64,000 nucleotides of DNA from the IMG/VR virus record IMGVR_UViG_3300035228_001078. One strand, given 5' to 3'. The position numbers and the translations under genes are program-made. The notes under the pieces are model-generated. The model was not told the DNA's origin. It searched no databases and saw only the letters and a program-made list of their open reading frames with translations. This DNA comes from a virus. This document shows, in pieces, positions 9,463-17,960 of this stretch; position 1 is the stretch's first letter; each line of letters starts with the position of its first letter.

Positions 9463-9507
9463 AATTTGAGATAATTACTTCAATATATAGGCTCAATCTT
9501 TTTCTTT

Positions 9508-10791
9508 CTAGTCCTTTTTCTTTTTATCCATTAAAGCACCCTTACCATGCTTAGCACGGATTTGTGCTTTGACAATATCCATAGCACTCATACCCTTTCC
9601 GTATTTCTTCTCAGTCTCTTTTTGAAGAGCGGTCTTTCCTTTACGCTTTTTATCATCATCAGATCTTTTGGTAGGGCGATCATACCGATCATTACCATCA
9701 ACACCACCGCGTTCCATGCGGCGATCTTTCATAGCATCTGATGCTTCTTCTTTAAGCTTAGCAGCATCAACTTGAGCCCTCTTTTTACTAGAAGGTAATT
9801 CACCTAGACGCTGTTGTAACGATTTGCCAGCTTCAATTGAAGAATCAGATTTGAATATACCAGGGTTGGCAGTAGAGTTCATACCTTTTTGGTTTTTAAA
9901 ATCCAGACCTGCTTTCTTCACTAAAGCTTTAATCCCCTTGATCGCTCCACCGTTAGCGTCAAGTTTCTGCATGTTCTTCTCAGCTCTCGCTCTTGTCGCT
10001 GCTCTTGCTGCCGCAGCATCTGCTGCCATAGATGCACGATAATCGGTTGCTTGTTCCTTCTGTATTTTTTTCTTAATATCAGCAATAGTATCCTTTACAT
10101 TTTCAGAGGATCCAGTGTCAACAGTACTGAGTTTCTTCGCTTCAGGACCTGCTTCACCTTTAGTACCTTGTTTAGGTGCAGAATCTGTAGCCTTTGATGC
10201 TGCCTTAGTCTTAGCCTTAGTCTTAGTCTTAGGCGTATCCTTCAGACCATATCTAGGAGCATCAGGTACTTCAGAAGCTTGCCTAATTCCAAAACGCTTT
10301 ACTTGTCTATCATACGATGACATCTTATATCCAGGATCACTCTTATCTTCTTCAGAAGATGGTCTCCTTTGGCTCGAGGCAACACCACCAGCCTCATAGA
10401 AGTTCTTAACGGTTTTGACCAACCCCTCATTGACATCAGGATTAATAACGACTTTATTCTTTACAGGCTTCTCTTCGATCGTTATTTCTTTTTCGTCTGA
10501 GTTGGTTGCCTTCTCAGACTTATAGAGCTTTTTTTCGGATAATTCTCCAACCTTGGTGCGGAGATGAAGTTCTAATTCTTCTTTCTTAGTGCGCCTTGCT
10601 TTGTCTGCAGCAATAGCGGCACCAACTGTTTTACGACGCTTTTTCAGATAACCATCAGACTTATCAACATCGCCATCATTATCAATGTCATCATCCTCTT
10701 TGCCCACAGGATCTAAAGCTTCAGGCATGAAGACATTTGCCATGCTGCTAAGCATGATATCCTCTGCGGATTGCTCAATAAAATTAGCCAT
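9508..10791 (-). CDS. Lysine-rich modular protein; putative head-internal polyprotein
   Basis: Modules (LDPVGKEDDDIDNDGDVDKSDGYLKKRRK; ASDAMKDRRMERGGVDGN) separated by MPE|A, LSE|K, VNE|G, QKE|Q, KEE|A. Late promoter at 10829-10836. Confidence 0.6.
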   Translation of the reverse strand: MANFIEQSAEDIMLSSMANVFMPEALDPVGKEDDDIDNDGDVDKSDGYLKKRRKTVGAAIAADKARRTKKEELELHLRTKVGELSEKKLYKSEKATNSDEKEITIEEKPVKNKVVINPDVNEGLVKTVKNFYEAGGVASSQRRPSSEEDKSDPGYKMSSYDRQVKRFGIRQASEVPDAPRYGLKDTPKTKTKAKTKAASKATDSAPKQGTKGEAGPEAKKLSTVDTGSSENVKDTIADIKKKIQKEQATDYRASMAADAAAARAATRARAEKNMQKLDANGGAIKGIKALVKKAGLDFKNQKGMNSTANPGIFKSDSSIEAGKSLQQRLGELPSSKKRAQVDAAKLKEEASDAMKDRRMERGGVDGNDRYDRPTKRSDDDKKRKGKTALQKETEKKYGKGMSAMDIVKAQIRAKHGKGALMDKKKKD

Positions 10792-10820
10792 TGCTGATCG
10801 CCTGAAGAATGTGTTTCTTT

Positions 10821-12023
10821 CTATTTCTTATTTATAAATGACTTTACCTTCTCCATAGGAGTCAGTTTCTGTACATACTCTCTGTAAGAGTCAGTACCCA
10901 CCTCCCGTTTATGTGCGGGAACACCAGAAGGGAAGCGGGAAACATATTCGGTCAAATCCTTAATCCAAGATTTGAACATGATACCTTCTTTAGTAACAGC
11001 AATGACATGATTTGCACCGCGTCTAATGATTCTGCCGACTAGTCCAGTATTAAGGGACTCTGCAAGAGTGCCAAGTCCAAATACATTGCCCGCAACATAG
11101 TGCTCTCTAAGTGTTGTTTGATCATACTTAGGAGCAATTTGCCAAAGCTCTACACCTTCAGTTGCAGCAGCTGCACCCATAGATCTTTGTACGGTATTGA
11201 ACAATTCTCTTGCTACCATACCCTTTGCTGCTTTTGGCAACCCATTCTTAAATGCTTCAAAGTCACCATCTGCTGCTAGAGATCGAAGTTTGGAAGCAGA
11301 CATGCCCTCCACCCCCTCAGAGTCGGCGTCCCGTTCTCCTGCAGAGATGACATTAATCGCATCAAAATTATAGAGTTGCCCGTTGTATTTGTTCGCGAGG
11401 TTCTCAAACTCTTTTTGTCTGTCAGAACCAACCACGATGTTGATACCGCTGTATCCTTCTGCATCTGCTTGTTTTAGTGCATCAAAAATAGTACGAATCG
11501 CTGGATCATAAACGATAGAGTTCGCATGATCGGGGAACATCTTCTTCATGAACAGGATCTTGGTCTCAGAATCCAAGGGATTCTTTTGGGGATCCACCGA
11601 ATGAGATGGATATACAATATATTGATCGCCGTCAGCGGTATTTTTTATCTTATCGAGAAGTTTTTCGTGACCAGATGTGGGAGGATTAAACCTACCAAAT
11701 CCAATCGTCAAAGTTCCGCGTGTCTTTTCTACTTCTGCTTCTTCTTCTTCAGGAGGTATCTCCCCTCCGCCTTGACCACCAACTGGTGGTGGTGGATTCT
11801 CTGGAGTCAGTCCTCTAGCTGCAGGACCAGGTGTATTAGGGTCAGTTTCTTGAGCTAGTTTTCTACCACTGTTAAAAACCAACTCGCCATCTAAGGTTCT
11901 ACCAACAATTCTGCCATTGGTATCTACCCACGAGCCATGACCATCACCGACAAGACCAAGCTTCTTCGCCTGCTTTGCCGCGTTACTTTGTGCTTCGTTC
12001 AGAAAGTGAAAGAAACTTTTCAT
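10821..12023 (-). CDS. HIGH-superfamily nucleotidyltransferase (cytidylyltransferase-like) with a capsid-targeting-like leader
   Basis: FGRFNPPTSGH (HIGH-like), VVGSDR and MSASKLR (KMSKS-like). N-terminus MKSFFHFLNE|A. Confidence 0.85.
   Translation of the reverse strand: MKSFFHFLNEAQSNAAKQAKKLGLVGDGHGSWVDTNGRIVGRTLDGELVFNSGRKLAQETDPNTPGPAARGLTPENPPPPVGGQGGGEIPPEEEEAEVEKTRGTLTIGFGRFNPPTSGHEKLLDKIKNTADGDQYIVYPSHSVDPQKNPLDSETKILFMKKMFPDHANSIVYDPAIRTIFDALKQADAEGYSGINIVVGSDRQKEFENLANKYNGQLYNFDAINVISAGERDADSEGVEGMSASKLRSLAADGDFEAFKNGLPKAAKGMVARELFNTVQRSMGAAAATEGVELWQIAPKYDQTTLREHYVAGNVFGLGTLAESLNTGLVGRIIRRGANHVIAVTKEGIMFKSWIKDLTEYVSRFPSGVPAHKREVGTDSYREYVQKLTPMEKVKSFINKK
10829..10836 (-). promoter_or_regulatory. 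T4-type late promoter
   Basis: TATAAATA on the minus strand. Confidence 0.75.
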
Positions 12024-12026
12024 GAT

Positions 12027-12656
12027 TTATGAAAATACCCGCCTAGCAGTCTCCGCAACTCTATTTATGTTAAATGACACAGTGATACGAAGTTTGTCAG
12101 ATATGTTCTTTTTTACCATATGTTCCAAGCAGGATGGGAATATAACAATGTCACCCTCTTCTACATCAACATCATTAAACTCATCTAGATGTGGATTTAC
12201 ATCCATGTCAATAGATGTACCCTCAGAATGGATATTCATATGGGTGAGATATGCGTAAATATCTGCTTGAGGATTAACAAAAGTTGTTCCGATATGTTCT
12301 TCAGGATCGAAACAAACATAATGTATCCCAGAAAAAAACCCAGGCAAATGGGTATGACCTTCCTGGAAGTGTGATTTCTCATAGGCATTCATCCAAATTT
12401 CATCAATAACAGGTCTACCAAGGAACTGCATGTCATCTTTCCATTGATAAAGAATATCATTGTAGATGTTAGCGTATTCCTCATGAGGAAAGGCTCCAGA
12501 ACCAAACTCTGTCCTTACATTACATGACCAACCCTCAGGAGTTCCATTGGTTGCATGATTTTTATAGGATTGATATCTTTGGACCAATGTATTTTTCAAC
12601 TCAGGATCATTAAGATTGTACTTATAGATTCTCTGAGGAAACAAATCAATATACAT
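12027..12656 (-). CDS. 2OG-Fe(II) oxygenase-like protein (TIGR02466-like)
   Basis: WMN...HTH...SGIHY...EGDIVIFPSCLEHMV...RITVSFN. Confidence 0.85.
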   Translation of the reverse strand: MYIDLFPQRIYKYNLNDPELKNTLVQRYQSYKNHATNGTPEGWSCNVRTEFGSGAFPHEEYANIYNDILYQWKDDMQFLGRPVIDEIWMNAYEKSHFQEGHTHLPGFFSGIHYVCFDPEEHIGTTFVNPQADIYAYLTHMNIHSEGTSIDMDVNPHLDEFNDVDVEEGDIVIFPSCLEHMVKKNISDKLRITVSFNINRVAETARRVFS

Positions 12657-13349
12657 TTATTCAGTGTAGATAGCTTTTAGGAAGTTGACATCTTTGTCCA
12701 GATCATACTTAGACTTTGTAGGTTTTTGTACAATCTGCAATGCCGTCGTAAATCTATAGTTATACATCACGCTTCCACCCCTCTTCACACGAATTCTAAC
12801 CCTCATGCTAGGATTGAATTGTGGGACAGGTAACTGTACAGGATTTTGCAGCATGTAGTACATGCCATATCCACCTATCTGGATGTAATAGTTTTGCTTA
12901 GCAGCATAGTAGTTCCATAGAGCTGATGGTTTGATAGGCAAAAAGGCATCCTTAAACCTAGCATAGTCAGACTTCACCATGTCTTGGGTGATCGACTTGT
13001 TCGGAATGATGCCTTTGTTCGGTTGACCTTTAGGTCCCCAAGTTTTATTCACAAACTGCTCAACGCCAACTGCCCTAAGCAGTTGACGCATCTCGTCTGC
13101 AGCAGCAGTCTTTGCTCCTCCTAATTGCCAGATCTTTTTCTTCTGATCAAACTCAAGAGTTCCTTGACCGTAATCAGCTTTGAGATCTAATTTAAGTTCT
13201 AACTTTTGATTTGCTTTGTTATAGATGAACATTGCATCTGGAGCATTCGCGTCAGAACCTGCAGGGGTAAATCCGTTTGGAACTAAACCAGCTGCTTTTA
13301 GTTTTCTGTGTATCTTTCCTTCGTAAAGGAACCCAGCTTCCCCTGCCAT
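12657..13349 (-). CDS. Putative PD-(D/E)xK nuclease
   Basis: GFLYE...APDAMF...LELK arrangement matches the E...PD...ExK core. Basic protein. Confidence 0.5.
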   Translation of the reverse strand: MAGEAGFLYEGKIHRKLKAAGLVPNGFTPAGSDANAPDAMFIYNKANQKLELKLDLKADYGQGTLEFDQKKKIWQLGGAKTAAADEMRQLLRAVGVEQFVNKTWGPKGQPNKGIIPNKSITQDMVKSDYARFKDAFLPIKPSALWNYYAAKQNYYIQIGGYGMYYMLQNPVQLPVPQFNPSMRVRIRVKRGGSVMYNYRFTTALQIVQKPTKSKYDLDKDVNFLKAIYTE

Positions 13350-13360
13350 TAGAGATTAGT

Positions 13361-13510
13361 TTACTTTTTTTTATTTAGAGACTTATTGTAGATAACAACT
13401 TTTTCTCCATCGTGAGTAAACACCAGTTCATCATCATGACCCCAACACAACTCTTCGTACAAAGAATTTAATTTTCTTAAATCTTCGTATAGTGCATTAG
13501 GGTTCAGCAT
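13361..13510 (-). CDS. Small hypothetical protein
   Basis: MLNPNALYEDLRKLNSLYEELCW..., coupled to its neighbours. Confidence 0.6.
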   Translation of the reverse strand: MLNPNALYEDLRKLNSLYEELCWGHDDELVFTHDGEKVVIYNKSLNKKK

Positions 13511-13709
13511 CTTTTTTCCCCTTATTGAAACCAAAAGGTGCAAGTTTATCTTCTACCCGCTTTTTCATAACAACACCAGCAAGAGACTCCATAACTTTAA
13601 GAATCTCTTCTGCCTTAGCACCTTCGCCAAGCTCTTTGGCAACATAGAAATACTTAGGAAAAAATTCTTCTCCAGCATTCTTGTATTCGTCAAGAGTAAT
13701 AGCTTTCAT
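13497..13709 (-). CDS. Small hypothetical protein
   Basis: 70-aa ORF in the operon. Confidence 0.65.
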   Translation of the reverse strand: MKAITLDEYKNAGEEFFPKYFYVAKELGEGAKAEEILKVMESLAGVVMKKRVEDKLAPFGFNKGKKDAEP

Positions 13710-13861
13710 TTACCAACTCCATAGTCACCACCACTTTTACGGTGCTCTGATTCAAGATTGCTAATTGTCTCATGCAGTTTCTTGACTGCTTCAATCACTT
13801 CAGGAGTTTCTTCCCACTCCCAAGTTTCACCTTTGCTGCTAAAAAATTGTCTTGTAGTCAT
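13706..13861 (-). CDS. Small hypothetical protein (51 aa)
   Basis: Manual translation MTTRQFFSSKGETWEWEETPEVIEAVKKLHE.... Start and stop overlap both neighbours. Confidence 0.65.
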   Translation of the reverse strand: MTTRQFFSSKGETWEWEETPEVIEAVKKLHETISNLESEHRKSGGDYGVGK

Positions 13862-14544
13862 TACAGATCACCTGTCTTACGATTTTCTGAGTAATAAGAA
13901 TCAAAAGTTCCTGCTGGATAACGCTTCGATAGTTTATCGATATTACGGTCAAGAACTTCTTCTAAGGAAATGTCAAGTGCCATACATGCCTGAGCAACAT
14001 ACCACATAACATCACCAAGTTCGATCTTTAGATGATCTATATTAGCTTCGTCCCAGGGTTTGCCTTGGAAAATAATTTTCTTAACAATCTCCATGAACTC
14101 ACCACCTTCAGCAGAGATGCCCACAGCAGCAGTTAGAAGACGCTGAATCTCACAACCACCTGCTTGAAGTGCAGCAACACGAGCAATAAACTGTGCAGGA
14201 TCCTTAGATGGAGCACTAGTTACTTGATTAACAAACTCAAGATAACCATCCTTAGAAGTAGTGGTATTAGTATCTGTATTTGTAATTACAACATTAGGAG
14301 CGGGAGTAGGAACCTCTGTAGTATAGGCAATTCTTGGGTCCACTTTTGGTTGAGGATTGGTATGATTAGGATTACCTAACTGGGGTCCAGTACGATCTTC
14401 TGAATCATCGGACCATCCTTCAGTACCAGGATCGCCAGGTTCTGCTTCCCAGAACTCTTTAGCGCGAGGACGACGAGGAGGGGTAGCTACAGGTCTCTGT
14501 GGATCTGGAGTAGCGTCAGCAATAGCGTTAGAATAAGTAGGCAT
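13861..14544 (-). CDS. mazG: MazG-family NTP pyrophosphohydrolase with a Pro-rich N-terminal extension
   Basis: AEGGEFMEIVKK, ELGDVMWY, NIDKLSKRYP. Confidence 0.92.
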   Translation of the reverse strand: MPTYSNAIADATPDPQRPVATPPRRPRAKEFWEAEPGDPGTEGWSDDSEDRTGPQLGNPNHTNPQPKVDPRIAYTTEVPTPAPNVVITNTDTNTTTSKDGYLEFVNQVTSAPSKDPAQFIARVAALQAGGCEIQRLLTAAVGISAEGGEFMEIVKKIIFQGKPWDEANIDHLKIELGDVMWYVAQACMALDISLEEVLDRNIDKLSKRYPAGTFDSYYSENRKTGDL

Positions 14545-14546
14545 AA

Positions 14547-15413
14547 TTAGTTTAAAACAGAAGTGTATTGTGGATGATAGTTGTGTACAGAGTTCAACCT
14601 AAAGGCTTCCCATGTAGCACCCACAGTGCTCAGATCTGAATCTGGGAAATCCAGAGCATCTGGATATACAGTGAGGAATGCAGTTAACATCATTCTATCA
14701 TAGTCCCCATGCCATTCTGGTTGAATGTATGGGTTATGAAACTGCATGGTGGAATACATTACAAGATCATTATACTGCATTTGTACAGCATCTTCAAGCC
14801 TGAAGTTCTCATAATCTTCCATTTGAAACCACGAATCAGCTTTAGCATCTTCGTGTCTTTCATAGAAATTACTTAAGGCATTTGCCTCATCTCTATTCAT
14901 ATCCATCCAGTTATTTCTACCCATCCATGACCAAAAACCAGTCCTCACTGGGTCTGGAGATTGAGACAGATTGATGTTAGCTGCAATATGCATCTGAAGA
15001 TAATCAGGATCATCTAGTTCATTGTCTACATGAGGATAGCAACAAGAACATGACGATCTATCTAGGGTCATATTACCACCCTCTAAATTTACATACCCAT
15101 CTCTAACTGCAATAGTGTTAACACCAAGAATTTTTTTGACAGGAGTTGTAAGGAACTTGTAAAACTGAGTTTGAAACAAAGGTGGAATCTCAGCTGTCAG
15201 TCCAGGGCGAACCGTAGTATCCGTCTCCTCAATATCTTTGGTCGCCCAGTAAGGAAAGGTAAGCAGGAACTCACGAACCTTGTCAGGATATTTAAACACA
15301 TCCTTTGCAACAATAATGGTAAATGGTTGCCTTGTTCCTAGATCATGAAATTCAAACTCAAGGTTATTAGTAACGGAAATTTCATTCCATATCTCGCTAG
15401 ATGCTTTAATCAT
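14547..15413 (-). CDS. Putative 2OG-Fe(II) oxygenase (DUF6445-like)
   Basis: PHVD...FHNPY...R triad pattern. Confidence 0.6.
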   Translation of the reverse strand: MIKASSEIWNEISVTNNLEFEFHDLGTRQPFTIIVAKDVFKYPDKVREFLLTFPYWATKDIEETDTTVRPGLTAEIPPLFQTQFYKFLTTPVKKILGVNTIAVRDGYVNLEGGNMTLDRSSCSCCYPHVDNELDDPDYLQMHIAANINLSQSPDPVRTGFWSWMGRNNWMDMNRDEANALSNFYERHEDAKADSWFQMEDYENFRLEDAVQMQYNDLVMYSTMQFHNPYIQPEWHGDYDRMMLTAFLTVYPDALDFPDSDLSTVGATWEAFRLNSVHNYHPQYTSVLN

Positions 15414-16779
15414 TGAATTTCAATTTAGAAAATTTATCTGCGGTATCGTTAGTGATTAAAGTTTCTTGACCACTATCTAAAAGATTGCCACCATCGCTTT
15501 GTTCACAATCATACAACCGCATCTTTGCCCTGTCAATACCTACGACAAATCTCTTATTGAGAGTAGGATCATTGTATCTATTCTTCAATTGTTTGACCAT
15601 AATTTGTCCTAGTCCCTCAAGGTCATCTGTTGAAATAAGGGCAAACATAAGATCAGCAGTAGCAGGGAGACCAAAGGACTCACTAGTGTCAGTAATGTCA
15701 ACATCAGAGCTACCATAACCAGAACGAGTGGTCTGGGTGGCAGATAAGATAGGGACCCTTGCCTCAACAGCGAGTCCTCTAAGTTCTTCAGCAATAGACT
15801 TGATAACCGTATATGAATTGACATTGCTGCCTCCCCGATACCTGCTGGAAGCACAAATATTAAGGTAATCAATGAAAATAATATCAGGTCTAAATGACTT
15901 CTTAAGTGCAAGCTCATTAAGAAGTGCCTTAAAGTGTCCACTATGTGCGCTAGCAGTAGGATACTCTTTAATTATAAGAGAACCTTGTGTCTTCTTAGCT
16001 AGATTTGATACTTTATTTTCAAAGATAGATTTAGGAAGTTCTACAAGGTCCTTGATATTTACATTCAATAAGTTAGCATCAATTCTCTCTGCAATTCTCT
16101 CTTCAGCCATTTCAAGCGTGATATATAACACATTCTTTCCTTGGAGTAGAACCGAACTTGCGAAATGACACATAAACAAACTCTTACCGACGCCAGTCCC
16201 AGCCAAAGCAATATTGAGCGTTTTGTTTGGTAGACCACCCTTGGTAATTTTGTTGAAATAATCAAGGTCAAATGGGATCTTGTCTTCCTTCCTGTGGTAT
16301 GACTCGTACCGTTGCTCATAATCTTCTAGGTAATCGTGTCCAATGTGATTGTCAAACGATACTGCTAAAGCTTCTGAGAGAATACTAGGAATAGCATCTC
16401 TAGTTTTCTTTTCATCGCCACCATCAGCAATCTGGATAGACTCCATAAGAGCTAGGTAGATAGCACGATCACGACACCACTGCTCAGTTGTGTCTAGCAA
16501 CCATTGTGTATGAGTTTCTGACTCACGAAGGATGTCTACTACCTTTGTAGTGTCCTTAAATTCTTGTTCAGACAGATCTTCTCTGTTCTGAATCTCAATA
16601 TTTAAAATTTCTGGAGTGAGAACTTTGTCATACTCTAGAGCAAAAGTAGAGATCTCCTGAAATATGATCTTCTCTGTACGCTCTTCAAAATAATCTTCCT
16701 TAATGAAAGGCAACACCTTCCGAAGGAACTCTTCATCATGAATGAGATTCCTTAGGACGGTCAGTTCTATACGATCCAA
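15406..16779 (-). CDS. gp41: Replicative DNA helicase
   Basis: AGTGVGKS, ITLEMAEE, IDYLNIC, QLKNRYND. Confidence 0.97.
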   Translation of the reverse strand: MDRIELTVLRNLIHDEEFLRKVLPFIKEDYFEERTEKIIFQEISTFALEYDKVLTPEILNIEIQNREDLSEQEFKDTTKVVDILRESETHTQWLLDTTEQWCRDRAIYLALMESIQIADGGDEKKTRDAIPSILSEALAVSFDNHIGHDYLEDYEQRYESYHRKEDKIPFDLDYFNKITKGGLPNKTLNIALAGTGVGKSLFMCHFASSVLLQGKNVLYITLEMAEERIAERIDANLLNVNIKDLVELPKSIFENKVSNLAKKTQGSLIIKEYPTASAHSGHFKALLNELALKKSFRPDIIFIDYLNICASSRYRGGSNVNSYTVIKSIAEELRGLAVEARVPILSATQTTRSGYGSSDVDITDTSESFGLPATADLMFALISTDDLEGLGQIMVKQLKNRYNDPTLNKRFVVGIDRAKMRLYDCEQSDGGNLLDSGQETLITNDTADKFSKLKFND

Positions 16780-16781
16780 AA

Positions 16782-17786
16782 TTACTCACCATAACTAAAT
16801 TCTTTCTTGGCAACATCATCGAGTTGTTGCATCACTTCTTCAGTAAAATACTGTTCAGGATCTTTATAGATCGCTTTAGCATAGACTTTCTTACCGTCTA
16901 TCTCATAACGACCTGCTACATTTTTCCAAAGTCCGCCAACCTCACCGAGTTCAAGAAGACCAAAATATCTATCAAGACCACGATCATCGTAATAGAGACG
17001 CACCGTAACATCCTTGTTCTCCTTACTCAAACGCGACTTGTGAGTCTTTGCCTTGATAAGATTACCAATGACTTCTGTTCCATCCTTCTCTTTCTTCTTG
17101 CTGAGATAGATGATTGTACTTGCTGCATACTTGAGACCAGAACCTCCTCCCATTTCCTTTGTAGGGACATAAGAACCAATGACATCGTAAGTGTGGTTAG
17201 TGACAATCATTGGTATTTTAGCCTGTCCTAGCTTCAATGTCAACATCCTGAAGGCACCTTTAACCAGTTGTGATTTTGTCATATCACGAACCTGTTTCTC
17301 GTCAAGAGCATCTCTGATTTCCTTCTCGGTAGATAACATACCAAGAGAATCCAGAACAAACATACAGGGTTTACGATCTTGCTCAGGTGTTTTCAAGTAA
17401 AGATCAACTGCTTTCAGAGCTTTACTACGAAAGTCTTCAATAGTAACAACATTAACTACGACCAGGCGATTGAGATCAATTCCTCTACTTTCGAGAAGAG
17501 ATTTATTAACTGCTGACTCGGTGTCAAAATAAAGGCAATATCCACCAGGATTAGAATCAAGAAAGTTTTTGACGACAGCGAGAGAAAAGAAAGTCTTGCC
17601 AGTAGAAGACTCACCAGCAATGGCAGTAATCTTATTCCCAGATACACCCCCAAATATACTACCTGAGCAAAGCCCATTAAAGATGTAAGAGCCCGTGTCC
17701 ACATATGTCTCAGAGTCATTAATATCTGCGGCAAGTTGTGTGTATTCACCACCCACCTCCTTGACAATTTCTTTCAAAAAATCCAT
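16782..17786 (-). CDS. uvsX: RecA-like recombinase
   Basis: GESSTGKT, FDTE, DSLGML, GGGSGLKYAAS. Confidence 0.96.
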   Translation of the reverse strand: MDFLKEIVKEVGGEYTQLAADINDSETYVDTGSYIFNGLCSGSIFGGVSGNKITAIAGESSTGKTFFSLAVVKNFLDSNPGGYCLYFDTESAVNKSLLESRGIDLNRLVVVNVVTIEDFRSKALKAVDLYLKTPEQDRKPCMFVLDSLGMLSTEKEIRDALDEKQVRDMTKSQLVKGAFRMLTLKLGQAKIPMIVTNHTYDVIGSYVPTKEMGGGSGLKYAASTIIYLSKKKEKDGTEVIGNLIKAKTHKSRLSKENKDVTVRLYYDDRGLDRYFGLLELGEVGGLWKNVAGRYEIDGKKVYAKAIYKDPEQYFTEEVMQQLDDVAKKEFSYGE

Positions 17787-17960
17787 TTAGTTTTCGTCCC
17801 ATCTCAATGTCTTGAGGTATTCTAGCACATTTTCCCGCACTGACATCAATTCATTAAAGCACTCTTGATTGTGAGCACAGTTCCTAAGTTTAGAGTCTGG
17901 TTTGTGGACGCTTTCAATAAAGAGGTCAAGCCCCCTATTCCACCTTTCTTGATCTGTCAT
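17787..17960 (-). CDS. Small hypothetical protein
   Basis: MTDQERWNRGLDLFIESVHKPD...CAHNQEC, coupled to the gp43 stop. Confidence 0.7.
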   Translation of the reverse strand: MTDQERWNRGLDLFIESVHKPDSKLRNCAHNQECFNELMSVRENVLEYLKTLRWDEN

